Positions 11,963-21,585 of a stretch of DNA of 64,000 nt are shown piece after piece. The DNA is from a virus. Position 1 is the first letter of the stretch, and each line of letters begins with the position of its first letter. A program made the position numbers and the translations under genes. A model generated the notes under the pieces. It did not search any database. It saw nothing but the letters and a program-made list of their open reading frames with translations, and was not told the DNA's origin. The DNA is taken from positions 1 to 64,000 of IMG/VR virus record IMGVR_UViG_3300018876_000008. One strand, written 5' to 3'.

Positions 11963-12563
11963 AGAAAGATTTCCTGATTTATTCAATAGTGAAAATATTG
12001 ATGAATGGAAAAAAAAGAATATTAGAAAAGAATTTTTATCTTACGAATGGGATATGATGGTTCAAGAAGTTGCACCTGATGTTTTTGAATTTCCATTATT
12101 TAATAAAGAATTTTGTGACAACTTCGTCAAAGTTTTAAATAGTATTAATTGGGACCAAATAAATAGATGGGGAACACCCGTCTACTCAACTAATTTAAGA
12201 AAGTTTGATATTGACAAAGTTATGACTCATATCATACATGAGTATATCTTTAGCATAATTCAGAAAGAATGGAAATTAGAGGGTAAAAAATGGAAATTAG
12301 TACAACCTGATAATAATATATTTAAACTCGAAGAGGGTCAAGAAATAAGACTTCATCATGACTACGTACATATATCATTATATTGTAAATTAGACGGAGA
12401 CAGTGAAGGTGGGGAGATAGTTTTTGATAAGTACGGTAAAACTATAACCCCTAAACAGGGCTATGTTTATATGTACCCTGGTCAAATTACCCATAGATAT
12501 GGGATAAAAAGAATAAATAAAGGTGACAGATATTTTTTAATGTCATATTGTATAAGTGATTAG
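11952..12563 (+). CDS. PLOD/lysyl-hydroxylase-like 2OG-Fe(II) oxygenase domain, paralogue 1 (distal Fe-ligand His replaced by Tyr)
   Basis: PDVFEFPLFNKEFCD, LHHD, EGG and YPGQITHRYG...GDRY align to the PLOD C-terminal domain. Confidence 0.8.
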   Translation: MEFKERFPDLFNSENIDEWKKKNIRKEFLSYEWDMMVQEVAPDVFEFPLFNKEFCDNFVKVLNSINWDQINRWGTPVYSTNLRKFDIDKVMTHIIHEYIFSIIQKEWKLEGKKWKLVQPDNNIFKLEEGQEIRLHHDYVHISLYCKLDGDSEGGEIVFDKYGKTITPKQGYVYMYPGQITHRYGIKRINKGDRYFLMSYCISD

Positions 12564-12717
12564 AGTATCGAATAACATATTATTAATTTTAGGTGTAACA
12601 TTTTTTCTAATTGGTAGGGAAATTGGAGGAATATTTCCTTCATTTATGTTTGGTTTATGTTTTGGAATGATATATCTAAATTACAGAGAAGATAAAAAAA
12701 ATAGTAATGGAAAATAA
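12556..12717 (+). CDS. Small two-helix membrane protein (53 aa, GTG start; not in ORF track)
   Basis: MIRVSNNILLILGVTFFLIGREIGGIFPSFMFGLCFGMIYLNYREDKKNSNGK. It fills the gap between the two oxygenase genes and overlaps both. Confidence 0.45.
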   Translation: MIRVSNNILLILGVTFFLIGREIGGIFPSFMFGLCFGMIYLNYREDKKNSNGK

Positions 12718-13342
12718 ACACAGTAATTATATTCATCCTGAATTATACACTTATTTTGATAATCCTGATGAGTGGGAAAAAAGATTCCTTAAAAATGAAG
12801 TTAAATCTAAAAATTGGGAATTATATGTACAAGAAGAATTATTGAACATATATACAATACCTGTATTTACTGATGAGTTTTGTGATTTTATTATAGAAGA
12901 GGCCGAATCTTGCAATTGTTGGACTGTAGATAGACACGAAAGTTATCCCACTACAGATATGGTTTTAAACACTATAGGTTTAGGTGAAACTTATCATGCT
13001 ATATTAAAAAAATATATATGGCCTTTAAGTAAAAAATTATTTAAATTGGAAGAAGAGTCATGGTTAGATATGAGAAGTGAAAACTTTATTGCTAGATATC
13101 ATCCATATGCTCAGTATCATTTATCACTTCATCATGATGCAAGTCAAATAACTACTGTAATTACTTTAAACGAAGATTTTGAAGGGGGAGGTACTTATTT
13201 CCCTAATCAAAACGCAAAACTAAAAGGTAAAAAGGGGGATATGTCTATTCATCCTGGTCAAATAACACATTGGCATGGGGGGTTACCCGTTGAGGCAGGT
13301 CAAAGATATATTATAGTCTCTTTTTGTTCATTAAAACGATAA
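12707..13342 (+). CDS. Stand-alone procollagen lysyl hydroxylase (PLOD/LH) catalytic domain, paralogue 2, intact active site
   Basis: HPELYTYFDNPDEW, PVFTDEFCD, PTTD, NFIARY, HHDAS, FEGGG, HPGQITHWHGGLP...RYIIVSF; collinear with the PLOD3 LH domain. Confidence 0.88.
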   Translation: MENKHSNYIHPELYTYFDNPDEWEKRFLKNEVKSKNWELYVQEELLNIYTIPVFTDEFCDFIIEEAESCNCWTVDRHESYPTTDMVLNTIGLGETYHAILKKYIWPLSKKLFKLEEESWLDMRSENFIARYHPYAQYHLSLHHDASQITTVITLNEDFEGGGTYFPNQNAKLKGKKGDMSIHPGQITHWHGGLPVEAGQRYIIVSFCSLKR

Positions 13343-13345
13343 CGT

Positions 13346-13573
13346 ATGGATATAGGAAATCAAAATCAAATGAGGGTAAATCCATTAGATTTACCAAATG
13401 TAAAATGTGAAGAATGTGAAAATATTTTTTATAAAAAAGTGACAATTATAAAAAAAGTTAGTAAGTTACTAACAGGTTCAGCGACAGACGAGTTAATTCC
13501 AATGGAAACCTACATATGTACTGAATGTTCACATATAAATAAAGATTTTAATATTATTGGAGATGAAAAGTAG
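13346..13573 (+). CDS. Small zinc-ribbon protein
   Basis: CEEC...CTEC in 75 aa. Confidence 0.6.
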   Translation: MDIGNQNQMRVNPLDLPNVKCEECENIFYKKVTIIKKVSKLLTGSATDELIPMETYICTECSHINKDFNIIGDEK

Positions 13574-13799
13574 AGATTTTGTAATATGGATTGATGGATT
13601 CATACAGGGTAAAATTAATTTAAGTGTTGATGATATTAGACATATTAAAAATAAGATTGAAGAAGTTAATTTAGATTCAGAAGAAAAAATAATCATCAGA
13701 AGAGAAGGACCACCCACTCAACCTATTATTATTCAAGAACCTAATCAAAATGAAGAAGGATTAGATTTTCCTGGTAAACCACCTAATGTGTATATGTAA
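13557..13799 (+). CDS. Hypothetical protein
   Basis: 80 aa ORF coupled to its neighbours. Confidence 0.55.
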   Translation: MEMKSRDFVIWIDGFIQGKINLSVDDIRHIKNKIEEVNLDSEEKIIIRREGPPTQPIIIQEPNQNEEGLDFPGKPPNVYM

Positions 13800-13800
13800 C

Positions 13801-13950
13801 ATGAAAAATGAAAAAGAAAATGATTTCTACTTTTGGGATGAAATGTGGAATATTCCTGAAGAAAAAACTAAAAAAAATAAAAATGAGAAAATTACTACAA
13901 AAAATAGCTTGGAAAACGAACAAGTGGACGACAAAGATAAGTCTATTTAA
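13801..13950 (+). CDS. Possible small protein (49 aa; not in ORF track)
   Basis: MKNEKENDFYFWDEMWNIPEEK...; the ATG follows the upstream stop by 1 nt. Confidence 0.35.
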   Translation: MKNEKENDFYFWDEMWNIPEEKTKKNKNEKITTKNSLENEQVDDKDKSI

Positions 13951-14221
13951 TATATATTTAGGTGGAGACAATCATAAGTTCGGTTTTCAAATACTTAATA
14001 TTGATAAGGGATTTATATGGTCAGGTTCACTTTTTGAAATTACTTGGTATTTCCCAACAGTTACACATGCCGGAGAACTAACAATTGATATTTTATACTT
14101 ATTTGAAAAATGGGACAATTGGTGTATAGATATGACTGATAGAGTTATGTGGGGTTCAGGACTTAGTCGATGGGAGAGAATAAATAGATTTATTCATACT
14201 AAATTCAAATCAATAAGATAA
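13883..14221 (+). CDS. Hypothetical protein
   Basis: Likely start MRKLLQKIAW at 13883 (track start 13808). TAATG-coupled to the next gene. Confidence 0.5.
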   Translation: MRKLLQKIAWKTNKWTTKISLFNIYLGGDNHKFGFQILNIDKGFIWSGSLFEITWYFPTVTHAGELTIDILYLFEKWDNWCIDMTDRVMWGSGLSRWERINRFIHTKFKSIR

Positions 14222-15003
14222 TGATAAAAAAAATAGTACATTTTTCTGATTTACATTTAAGATTATTTAAAGACCACGATTTATATAGACGTATTGTTCA
14301 AGATATGTTAGATAAATTTAAAGAAATAAATCCTGACCGTATTGTCTTTACAGGTGATTTAGTCCATAGTAAAAATCAAATGACACCAGAATTAATTGAA
14401 ATTGTTGCGTGGGTTTTAACTGAGTGTACTAAAATTTGTAAAACTATTCTTATACCAGGTAATCATGATTTTCTAAATAATAATCTTAATCGATTGGATG
14501 CACTTACACCCATAATCGACTCTTTACAAAATAGTGAAATTGTATATTACAGAGATAGAGGAGTGTATGAGGACAAAAATATTAGTTGGTGTGTCTACTC
14601 ACAATTTCAAGGAAATATACCACCTGAAATATCAACAGCTAAAGGGTATAAAATAGGTTTATTCCATGACCCAATACAAGGTTTAGTTACGGATACAGGA
14701 TATGGTTTTGGGGACCACGCATATGATATAAAGAAATTTAAAGGGTTAGATGTCTTATTATGTGGTGATATACATAAAAGACAAGTTATCGATATACCTA
14801 ATAAGAAAAAGGCATATATGGTTGGCTCAACCATTCAACAGAATTTTGGAGAAAGTGTAACAAAACATGGATTTGGTATTTATAGTATAAAAGAAGATAC
14901 GTATGAGTTTGTCGATTTAATTAATCCTAGGCCATTCCTATCTTTTAAAATAACAGATATTGAAGATTTAGAAAAAGGACATGAACAACTCACCAATTAT
15001 TAA
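14221..15003 (+). CDS. Mre11/SbcD-like metallophosphoesterase (recombination nuclease subunit)
   Basis: DLH, GDL, GNHD, FH and GDIH motifs; Rad50-like partner downstream. Confidence 0.85.
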   Translation: MIKKIVHFSDLHLRLFKDHDLYRRIVQDMLDKFKEINPDRIVFTGDLVHSKNQMTPELIEIVAWVLTECTKICKTILIPGNHDFLNNNLNRLDALTPIIDSLQNSEIVYYRDRGVYEDKNISWCVYSQFQGNIPPEISTAKGYKIGLFHDPIQGLVTDTGYGFGDHAYDIKKFKGLDVLLCGDIHKRQVIDIPNKKKAYMVGSTIQQNFGESVTKHGFGIYSIKEDTYEFVDLINPRPFLSFKITDIEDLEKGHEQLTNY

Positions 15004-15784
15004 TTTTACAACAAAAGAGATAAAAGACATTAAAAGTTTTTGTAAACTAAACGAATTAGATTTTGAAGAGTTTATTAAAATATGTTTTAGTAAGGGGTAT
15101 CAAATTGAAAAATACGGACTACTAACTACTGATGATGGTGAACAAATAGTTTTTGAAGAAAAAATAGTTGAAAAAATAATTGAAAAAGAAATAATTAAAG
15201 AAATACCAGTAGAAAAGATAGTCGAAAAAGAGGTACCTGTAGAAGTAATTAAAGAAGTACCTATTGAAGTTATTAGGGAGGTAGAAAAAGAAGTTATTGT
15301 CGAGGTAGAGAAGATTGTAGAAGTTGAAAAACCTAAAGAAGTTATAGTAGAGAAAGAAATTTATATTACAGACGATGAACAAGTGAAAGAACTTGGAGGT
15401 AAAATTGCCGAGTTAAAAAAAGAAAAAAAGGAAAGTGATACGAAAATATCCGATTATATGAGAACAATAGAAGAAAGTAAAAATGAGAAGAATAAATTGG
15501 AAAGAAGGGTATCTGAGTTGGAAATTCTCTTGGAGGAGAAACCCAAAGAAATCATCAAGGAGATTGAGGTGGAAAAAATAGTTAAAGAAGAAATTAAAGT
15601 TGAGGATAAAGAAAAACTTAAAAAACTACAAAAAACAATTTCTCATATGACTGATGAGATACGAAAAAAAGATGAAAAGATTTTACAAATAGAAAAAAAT
15701 GTTGTAGAATTAGAAAAGATAAAAGGACCTATTAAAGGAAAATTTATGGGGTCAACAAATTTAAATGATAATTTATATAGATAA
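14981..15784 (+). CDS. Glu/Lys/Val/Ile repeat and coiled-coil protein
   Basis: Repeated EKIVE/EVPVE/KEVIVE units followed by heptads. Confidence 0.6.
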   Translation: MNNSPIINFTTKEIKDIKSFCKLNELDFEEFIKICFSKGYQIEKYGLLTTDDGEQIVFEEKIVEKIIEKEIIKEIPVEKIVEKEVPVEVIKEVPIEVIREVEKEVIVEVEKIVEVEKPKEVIVEKEIYITDDEQVKELGGKIAELKKEKKESDTKISDYMRTIEESKNEKNKLERRVSELEILLEEKPKEIIKEIEVEKIVKEEIKVEDKEKLKKLQKTISHMTDEIRKKDEKILQIEKNVVELEKIKGPIKGKFMGSTNLNDNLYR

Positions 15785-16128
15785 TGGAATTAATAATTTG
15801 GTTAATAGCTGCGTATGGAATGAGTCAAATATTAGTATATGGCTCAATTTTTAATGGTTTAAGAGACGGTATACATAGATGGGGTGAAAACCCATTAGCT
15901 CCACTTAATTTTATGGGAGTATTTTTATCAGGACTAATATCTTGTATGATGTGTACCTCAACATGGGTTGGTTTTGTAATGAGTTTTGTGTGGTCACCAT
16001 TTAACAATGTATTAGAGGTACATCAGGCGGTTTCAGTTTTTTTTGATGGAATGTTAGCGTCAGGTGGAGTATGGTTTATTAATACAATCGTGGAATGGTT
16101 TGAAGAAACTAAAGGAAATAATGGATGA
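15784..16128 (+). CDS. Membrane protein with CxxC (DUF1360-like)
   Basis: Hydrophobic segments flanking LISCMMCTSTW. Confidence 0.55.
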   Translation: MELIIWLIAAYGMSQILVYGSIFNGLRDGIHRWGENPLAPLNFMGVFLSGLISCMMCTSTWVGFVMSFVWSPFNNVLEVHQAVSVFFDGMLASGGVWFINTIVEWFEETKGNNG

Positions 16129-16342
16129 CGAAATAAAAGAAGTTAGGTATTATCTAATACCCGGTGATTGGAGAATGGCGTTTAAGGTTATTGCAATTCT
16201 TGTTAGTTGGTATTTTAATAAATCTTTATTATGGGTAGTTATACACTATCTATTTGGATGGATATATTTAGTATATGTAGCTTTTATGGGTGGATTTTCA
16301 AATGGGGGACTTACCGATATTATAAATTATTATTTCAGTTAG
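16121..16342 (+). CDS. Small membrane protein
   Basis: SWYFNKSLLWVVIHYLFGWIYLVY hydrophobic core; likely start at 16121. Confidence 0.55.
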   Translation: MDDEIKEVRYYLIPGDWRMAFKVIAILVSWYFNKSLLWVVIHYLFGWIYLVYVAFMGGFSNGGLTDIINYYFS

Positions 16343-16764
16343 AACCATTTATTTTTCTTAAAATAATAAAACATACCGACCACAGTTATTACAGTTAATA
16401 CTAAGAAAATCCAAAATCCGTGGTCACCTGTCAGTAGAGGAACATCATCAAAGTTCATTCCCCACATTCCAGTATAAAAAGATAAAGGTAAAAATATCGT
16501 AGACCAAACAGTTAACAAATTTAACTTATGGTTCATCTTTTCACTTTGGTCTTTATCAAAAGCGACATCTAAATTATCCATAAGAGATAATAGAGTATCG
16601 ATATCTTTATCTTTAGGATTAGACAATTTATAAAGTAACATCTCTTTTTTAAGATGGTATAAATCCATCTCATCAAAGTTAGGTCTATTACTTTCTAAAC
16701 TTATCTCTAGTTCATTTATTTTTTTCTTAAACGATTCTATTTTTTCCATATATCCATTATCCAT
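16339..16764 (-). CDS. Truncated CorA/MIT-family Mg2+ channel (stalk + two TM helices)
   Basis: LTVWSTIFLPLSFYTGMWGMNFDDVP with the GMN signature, then a second TM and KKNKWF; only 141 aa. Confidence 0.8.
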   Translation of the reverse strand: MDNGYMEKIESFKKKINELEISLESNRPNFDEMDLYHLKKEMLLYKLSNPKDKDIDTLLSLMDNLDVAFDKDQSEKMNHKLNLLTVWSTIFLPLSFYTGMWGMNFDDVPLLTGDHGFWIFLVLTVITVVGMFYYFKKNKWF

Positions 16765-16943
16765 AATAAACTTTCAAGACCGTACATTACACCAACGAAC
16801 ATTAATCCATAATGTGTGTAACCATTGTTGACTCCTACAGTAAAATCTTGTATAATTGAAGGTATAGTGGAGACAATAATAGATATTGAAAATAAAAGTT
16901 TAACAAATTTATTGGAAAGTATTTTTGTTAGTTGTTCTCTCAT
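16737..16943 (-). CDS. Small two-TM membrane protein
   Basis: Likely start MREQLTKIL at 16943, with TATTTAT 4 nt upstream on the minus strand. Overlaps the mini-CorA start. Confidence 0.55.
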   Translation of the reverse strand: MREQLTKILSNKFVKLLFSISIIVSTIPSIIQDFTVGVNNGYTHYGLMFVGVMYGLESLLWIMDIWKK

Positions 16944-16970
16944 AATAATAAATACACAATAATTAAAATT

Positions 16971-17183
16971 ATGCCGAAAAGTAAAAACAGAGGAGGGGCT
17001 AAGGCTCATCGTAAAAGAGTTCAATCAAGAAACAACAGAATTAGAGGTGTTCAGAGAAAAATGCAAGAACAATATACTGCTGAAATGACTAAACAATTAG
17101 AAGAGTATAGAAAGTCTTTGTCTGCTGAAACTGAAAATAACGAAGTGGTGAGCGGAGAACAACCACTTAACATTAAATTGTAA
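16971..17183 (+). CDS. Small basic hypothetical protein
   Basis: MPKSKNRGGAKAHRKRV...; start refined from the track's 16932. Confidence 0.55.
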   Translation: MPKSKNRGGAKAHRKRVQSRNNRIRGVQRKMQEQYTAEMTKQLEEYRKSLSAETENNEVVSGEQPLNIKL

Positions 17184-17191
17184 GTAGTATA

Positions 17192-19567
17192 ATGGATTTG
17201 TTTAATCCACCAAAAGAATTAAATTATAGTCATATGAGTCATAAATTAGATGTTACTACATTAGAAAATCCCTATATCCAAGTGGTGTGGGAAGATACTC
17301 CTGATAATTTTACGCAAGAGAGAATTAAAAGAGTTAGGTCTTACTTTGAAAAAAAGTATAAATCTAAAAATGTTAATGTTGTAACTAAGGTTAAGACTGA
17401 GTCTGATGAGATACAATCAGTTGATGTATCTATGAACATATTAGACGAGAATTTTCAAAAAGAACTTATAAAAAAATATCTTAAGGTTCATGGGTATGAA
17501 GAAAGTTTAGATGAAATTCTAAATATAGACAATCTTGTTGAAGATAAGATAGCTTCAGAAAAGGCAGAAATAACACCTTTTAAAAAGTGGTATATTAAAA
17601 ATATTGAGTTTTCTAATTTTTTATCTTTTGGTGATAATCAAGTCTTAGATTTTGAAAAAGTAAAAGGTATTACTGCAGTCGAGTCTAATCCGCCTAATTT
17701 TGGTGGTAAAACGGTTCTTACTGTTGACTTACTTTTATTTTTATTCTTTAATACTACAACAAAGACCAATAAAGCTGAAGAAATATTTAATAGATTCAGA
17801 GATAAAGACAAAGTAGTAGTAAAAGGCGAAATTCAAATTGATGGTGAAGATTATGTGATTGTTAGAGAAGTCAAAAGAAAACTAAAAAGAAATAAAATTG
17901 ATTACACTGTTAGTACTAGTTTAGAGTTTTTTAAAAAATTAGCGGATGGAAGTTTACAAAACTTTACTGGAGAACAAAGACGAGAAACTGAAGATTTTAT
18001 TAAGAAATCTATCGGAACTATGGATGATTTTTTAATGACAATACTCACCACATCTACTAACTTAGAAGAACTCATTGATTCGAAACCAACTGCTCGAGGA
18101 CAAGTACTCTCTAGATTTTTAGGGTTAGATTCATTAAAATTAAAAGAGGATGTTGCAAAAGAAATCACATCTAATTATTCTAAAAGTATGATATCTAACA
18201 TATACAATATTGAATCTTTAAAAGAGGAGATTGATATTGCAAATATGGATATTGAGCAGGAAAACAAAAACATATTAACTTATGTTGACGAACTAAATGA
18301 TGTTAACTCTAGAATTGAAAAGGGACAAGATTATCGTGATGAACTAATCAAGAAAAAACATACCGGATTAGATGACGAGTTATTAAGGGTTAACCCCGAT
18401 AAGTTAGAGGTTGAGATAAAAGAATATGGTTCAAAAATAGGTACCACCCTTAAAGAACTTAGTGATATTAATGTTGTCGAACCCTCAAAGTTTTATCATG
18501 AAGATGAACACGATAATATTAAAAATTTACTTTCAGATGAAAGAATTAAAATGGGTACTATGTCATCTAAGAAAGATGATATCGATGAAGAGTTAAAAAC
18601 TTTTGAAGGGGGATTAGAATGTCAATATTGTGGTATAGTCTTAGCAAAATCAACTTATAACGATAATAGAAAAAAAGAATTAAAAACTTTAAAAGAAGAC
18701 TTATTAGTTGTCACTAAAAATGTTGAGGATTTAGTAATTAAAGAAAAATCTTTTGTGGACCTTAAAAAAGATTTTGACCAATACGAGAGAAATAAACTCA
18801 TAAAAGAAAAGTTTGAAATTCAGTTAGAAACTTTAGAGTTAAAGAAAAATGGATTATCGGATAAACTTAAAAGATTTAAAGAAGTACAATTAAAGTTAGA
18901 AGAAAATAAAAAAATAGACGAGACTATTTTAAAGGCGGATATGAGATTGGATGTATTGACTGTTGAAAGAGATGGGGTCAATACAAAAATTAGTGACTCT
19001 AAGAATAATATTAAAAATAGAGAGACTAAAATATCCGAAAATAATAATTTCATTATTCAGATAAAGGAAGAAGAACAAAGATTAAGACTTTATAAGATAT
19101 ATTTGGAGTTATTTGGTAAGAAAGGTATCACCAAGATGATAATGAGAAGTATGACCCCTGTAATTAACTCAGAGTTACAAAGATTATTAGTTGACTCTGC
19201 GGAGTTTAAACTTGAGGTTAGAATATCTGAAAAAGATGAGGTAGAGTTTTGGATGATAGATAATAATACAGGAATAGAAAAATTAATGAGTTCAGGTTCA
19301 GGTTACGAAAGGTCAATAGCTTCATTAGCTTTACGGGCAGTATTGAGTAAAGTTTGTTCACTACCAAAACCAAATGTGGTTGTATTTGATGAGGTTTTTG
19401 GTAAAATCTCTAATGAAAATTTAGAAATGGTTTCTGAATTTTTTCATAAAATAAAAGATTATTTCGAAAAAATATTTGTAATAACTCATAATCCTTTAGT
19501 TAGTCAGTGGGCAGATAGTATAGTAAAAATAAATAAAAGTAATAACGTATCAAAAGTAGAACAATGA
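17192..19567 (+). CDS. Rad50/SbcC-like SMC ATPase (recombination nuclease subunit)
   Basis: NFLSF, Walker A NFGGKT, coiled coil with CQYC zinc hook, signature SGSGYE, Walker B VVFDE, ITH. Confidence 0.88.
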   Translation: MDLFNPPKELNYSHMSHKLDVTTLENPYIQVVWEDTPDNFTQERIKRVRSYFEKKYKSKNVNVVTKVKTESDEIQSVDVSMNILDENFQKELIKKYLKVHGYEESLDEILNIDNLVEDKIASEKAEITPFKKWYIKNIEFSNFLSFGDNQVLDFEKVKGITAVESNPPNFGGKTVLTVDLLLFLFFNTTTKTNKAEEIFNRFRDKDKVVVKGEIQIDGEDYVIVREVKRKLKRNKIDYTVSTSLEFFKKLADGSLQNFTGEQRRETEDFIKKSIGTMDDFLMTILTTSTNLEELIDSKPTARGQVLSRFLGLDSLKLKEDVAKEITSNYSKSMISNIYNIESLKEEIDIANMDIEQENKNILTYVDELNDVNSRIEKGQDYRDELIKKKHTGLDDELLRVNPDKLEVEIKEYGSKIGTTLKELSDINVVEPSKFYHEDEHDNIKNLLSDERIKMGTMSSKKDDIDEELKTFEGGLECQYCGIVLAKSTYNDNRKKELKTLKEDLLVVTKNVEDLVIKEKSFVDLKKDFDQYERNKLIKEKFEIQLETLELKKNGLSDKLKRFKEVQLKLEENKKIDETILKADMRLDVLTVERDGVNTKISDSKNNIKNRETKISENNNFIIQIKEEEQRLRLYKIYLELFGKKGITKMIMRSMTPVINSELQRLLVDSAEFKLEVRISEKDEVEFWMIDNNTGIEKLMSSGSGYERSIASLALRAVLSKVCSLPKPNVVVFDEVFGKISNENLEMVSEFFHKIKDYFEKIFVITHNPLVSQWADSIVKINKSNNVSKVEQ

Positions 19568-20487
19568 CAAAAATAATAGTTACAGGTGGAATGGGATTTA
19601 TAGGGTCTCATTTCGTTAATAAATTAAGTGAAAGGTTACCTAATAGTGAAATAACGGTAATTGATAAAATGACATATGCTGCGAATATTAATAACGTAAA
19701 ATGTGATTTTAATTTTATTGAAGAGGATATATGTAACTTAACTGAACTACCTAACTGTGACTATATAGTTCACTTTGCCGCCGAGTCTCATGTGGATAAT
19801 TCTATAGAAAATGGAAGACCATTTGTTCGTACTAATGTTGAGGGTACATTTAATTTGGTTGAACTAGCTAAAAATATAAAAGGTTTAAAAAAGTTCATCC
19901 ATATCTCAACTGATGAGGTTTACGGTGATATGGATTATTATGGTTCAGATTCAGTAGCTGAGGAAACATTTAATCTTATTGGTTCTTCATATTATTCAGC
20001 AACTAAAGCTGCGTCAGACTTAATTGTACAATCCGCAGGAAGAACTTTTGGTTTACCTTATGTTATTACAAGAACTTGTAATAACTTTGGAGAAAATCAA
20101 CACGAAGAAAAAATGATACCTAAAATTATAAAGAATATAAAAAATGATATTCCTATTCCGGTCTATGGTGATGGTAACCAAGTCAGAGAGTGGATACATG
20201 CAGATGACAACGCTGAGGCAATAATAAATATTATGTTATCTGAAGACACTATCAATGAAGTTTTCAACATAGGTAGTAGGTATCGTATAACTAATAATCA
20301 ATTGATTAATTTAGTTTCTGAAGTTGTTGGTAGAAAAGTTAAATTTGAGTATGTTGAAGATAGGTTAGGACATGATAGGAGGTACGCCTTGAATATTACA
20401 AAATATAATAGTAAGTTTGATAAGATAGACTATATTAATCTTAAAGAGTGGTTGAGTAAAATTATAACTAAAAATGAAGTGGGATAA
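19564..20487 (+). CDS. rmlB: dTDP-glucose 4,6-dehydratase
   Basis: TGGMGFIG, DKMTYA, HFAAESHVD, HISTDEVYG, YSATK, DRLGHDRRY. Confidence 0.9.
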   Translation: MTKIIVTGGMGFIGSHFVNKLSERLPNSEITVIDKMTYAANINNVKCDFNFIEEDICNLTELPNCDYIVHFAAESHVDNSIENGRPFVRTNVEGTFNLVELAKNIKGLKKFIHISTDEVYGDMDYYGSDSVAEETFNLIGSSYYSATKAASDLIVQSAGRTFGLPYVITRTCNNFGENQHEEKMIPKIIKNIKNDIPIPVYGDGNQVREWIHADDNAEAIINIMLSEDTINEVFNIGSRYRITNNQLINLVSEVVGRKVKFEYVEDRLGHDRRYALNITKYNSKFDKIDYINLKEWLSKIITKNEVG

Positions 20488-20929
20488 ATACTTTTTAAAT
20501 ATTGCAGAAAACGTAAAGTTAAAATCCAAAGACAGAAGGACTCAAATCGGCGCGGTAATAGTAGGAAAAGATAATGAAATTGTATCTACAGGTTATAATT
20601 CATTTCCAAGAGGTATTAATGATAATGTTGAAGAAAGACAAATTAGACCTGAAAAGTATTATTGGATTGAACATGCCGAGCGTAACGCAATTTATAATGC
20701 TGCACGTATTGGTGTTAGTTTAAGAGATACAACAATGTATCTAACCTGTGGAATACCATGTAGTGATTGTACTAAGGGTATCATAAGTTCAGGTATAAAA
20801 AAGATATACTGTAAAGTTCAGGATACCACAAGAAATAGAGAGCATTGGGATGAACACGCTAAAAGAAGTCTGCAAATGTTTAAAGAAAGTAATGTTGAAA
20901 TAATTTTTTATGATGAGAAAGAAAAGTGA
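20474..20929 (+). CDS. dCMP deaminase (ComEB-like)
   Basis: GYN, HAERNA and PCSDC zinc motifs. Confidence 0.9.
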   Translation: MKWDKYFLNIAENVKLKSKDRRTQIGAVIVGKDNEIVSTGYNSFPRGINDNVEERQIRPEKYYWIEHAERNAIYNAARIGVSLRDTTMYLTCGIPCSDCTKGIISSGIKKIYCKVQDTTRNREHWDEHAKRSLQMFKESNVEIIFYDEKEK

Positions 20930-21569
20930 TGATACGTGGCAAATTTTAAGAATTCAGGGAGAATTCACAAAAGGATTTGATACATTTAATGATTTAGGAC
21001 CGTGTGTCTCAGTTTTTGGTTCTGCTCGAACTGAAAAAGACACATGGTGGTATGATGAAGCTAAGAAATTCGGTAATCTTATCGCATCTAAAGGATTCGG
21101 AATTATCACAGGAGGAGGACCTGGTATTATGGAGGCGGCTAATCAAGGAGCTAAAGAGGTTGGTGCTAATTCCGTAGGAATTGGTATTGAGTTACCTTTT
21201 GAGTCTGGAATGAATCCACACGTTACTAAAGGATTGGAATGTAGATACTTCTTTACTAGAAAGGTAATGTTTTTAAAGTATTCACAGGCATTTGTGGTCT
21301 TTCCGGGGGGTTTAGGAACATTAGATGAACTATTCGAAGCGTTAACATTGGCACAGACAGGTCATTCACCAAAGTATCCTATAGTATTAGTAGGTAAGAA
21401 ATATTGGGGAGGTTTAATTGATTGGTTATATGATATGGTTAATCCTACAGGAAGAATGAGTTTAGATGATTTTGATTTATTTAGAATAGTTGATAATGCT
21501 GAGGAGGCGAGTGAGAAAGTTATTGAATTTATGGAAAAATATAGAAAAGAAAACACTAATAATTTTTAA
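20910..21569 (+). CDS. LOG family (TIGR00730) nucleotide monophosphate nucleosidase
   Basis: VFGSAR, TGGGPGIMEA, RKVM, PGGLGTLDE. Confidence 0.9.
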   Translation: MMRKKSDDTWQILRIQGEFTKGFDTFNDLGPCVSVFGSARTEKDTWWYDEAKKFGNLIASKGFGIITGGGPGIMEAANQGAKEVGANSVGIGIELPFESGMNPHVTKGLECRYFFTRKVMFLKYSQAFVVFPGGLGTLDELFEALTLAQTGHSPKYPIVLVGKKYWGGLIDWLYDMVNPTGRMSLDDFDLFRIVDNAEEASEKVIEFMEKYRKENTNNF

Positions 21570-21585
21570 GTTAAGTTTTTTTTAT

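Noticed and set aside
11952-13342. Prolyl-4-hydroxylase or DNA-modifying (AlkB/TET) assignment for the 2OG oxygenases
   Set aside because: The motifs follow the PLOD lysyl-hydroxylase pattern specifically, and the collagens have very few Y-position prolines.
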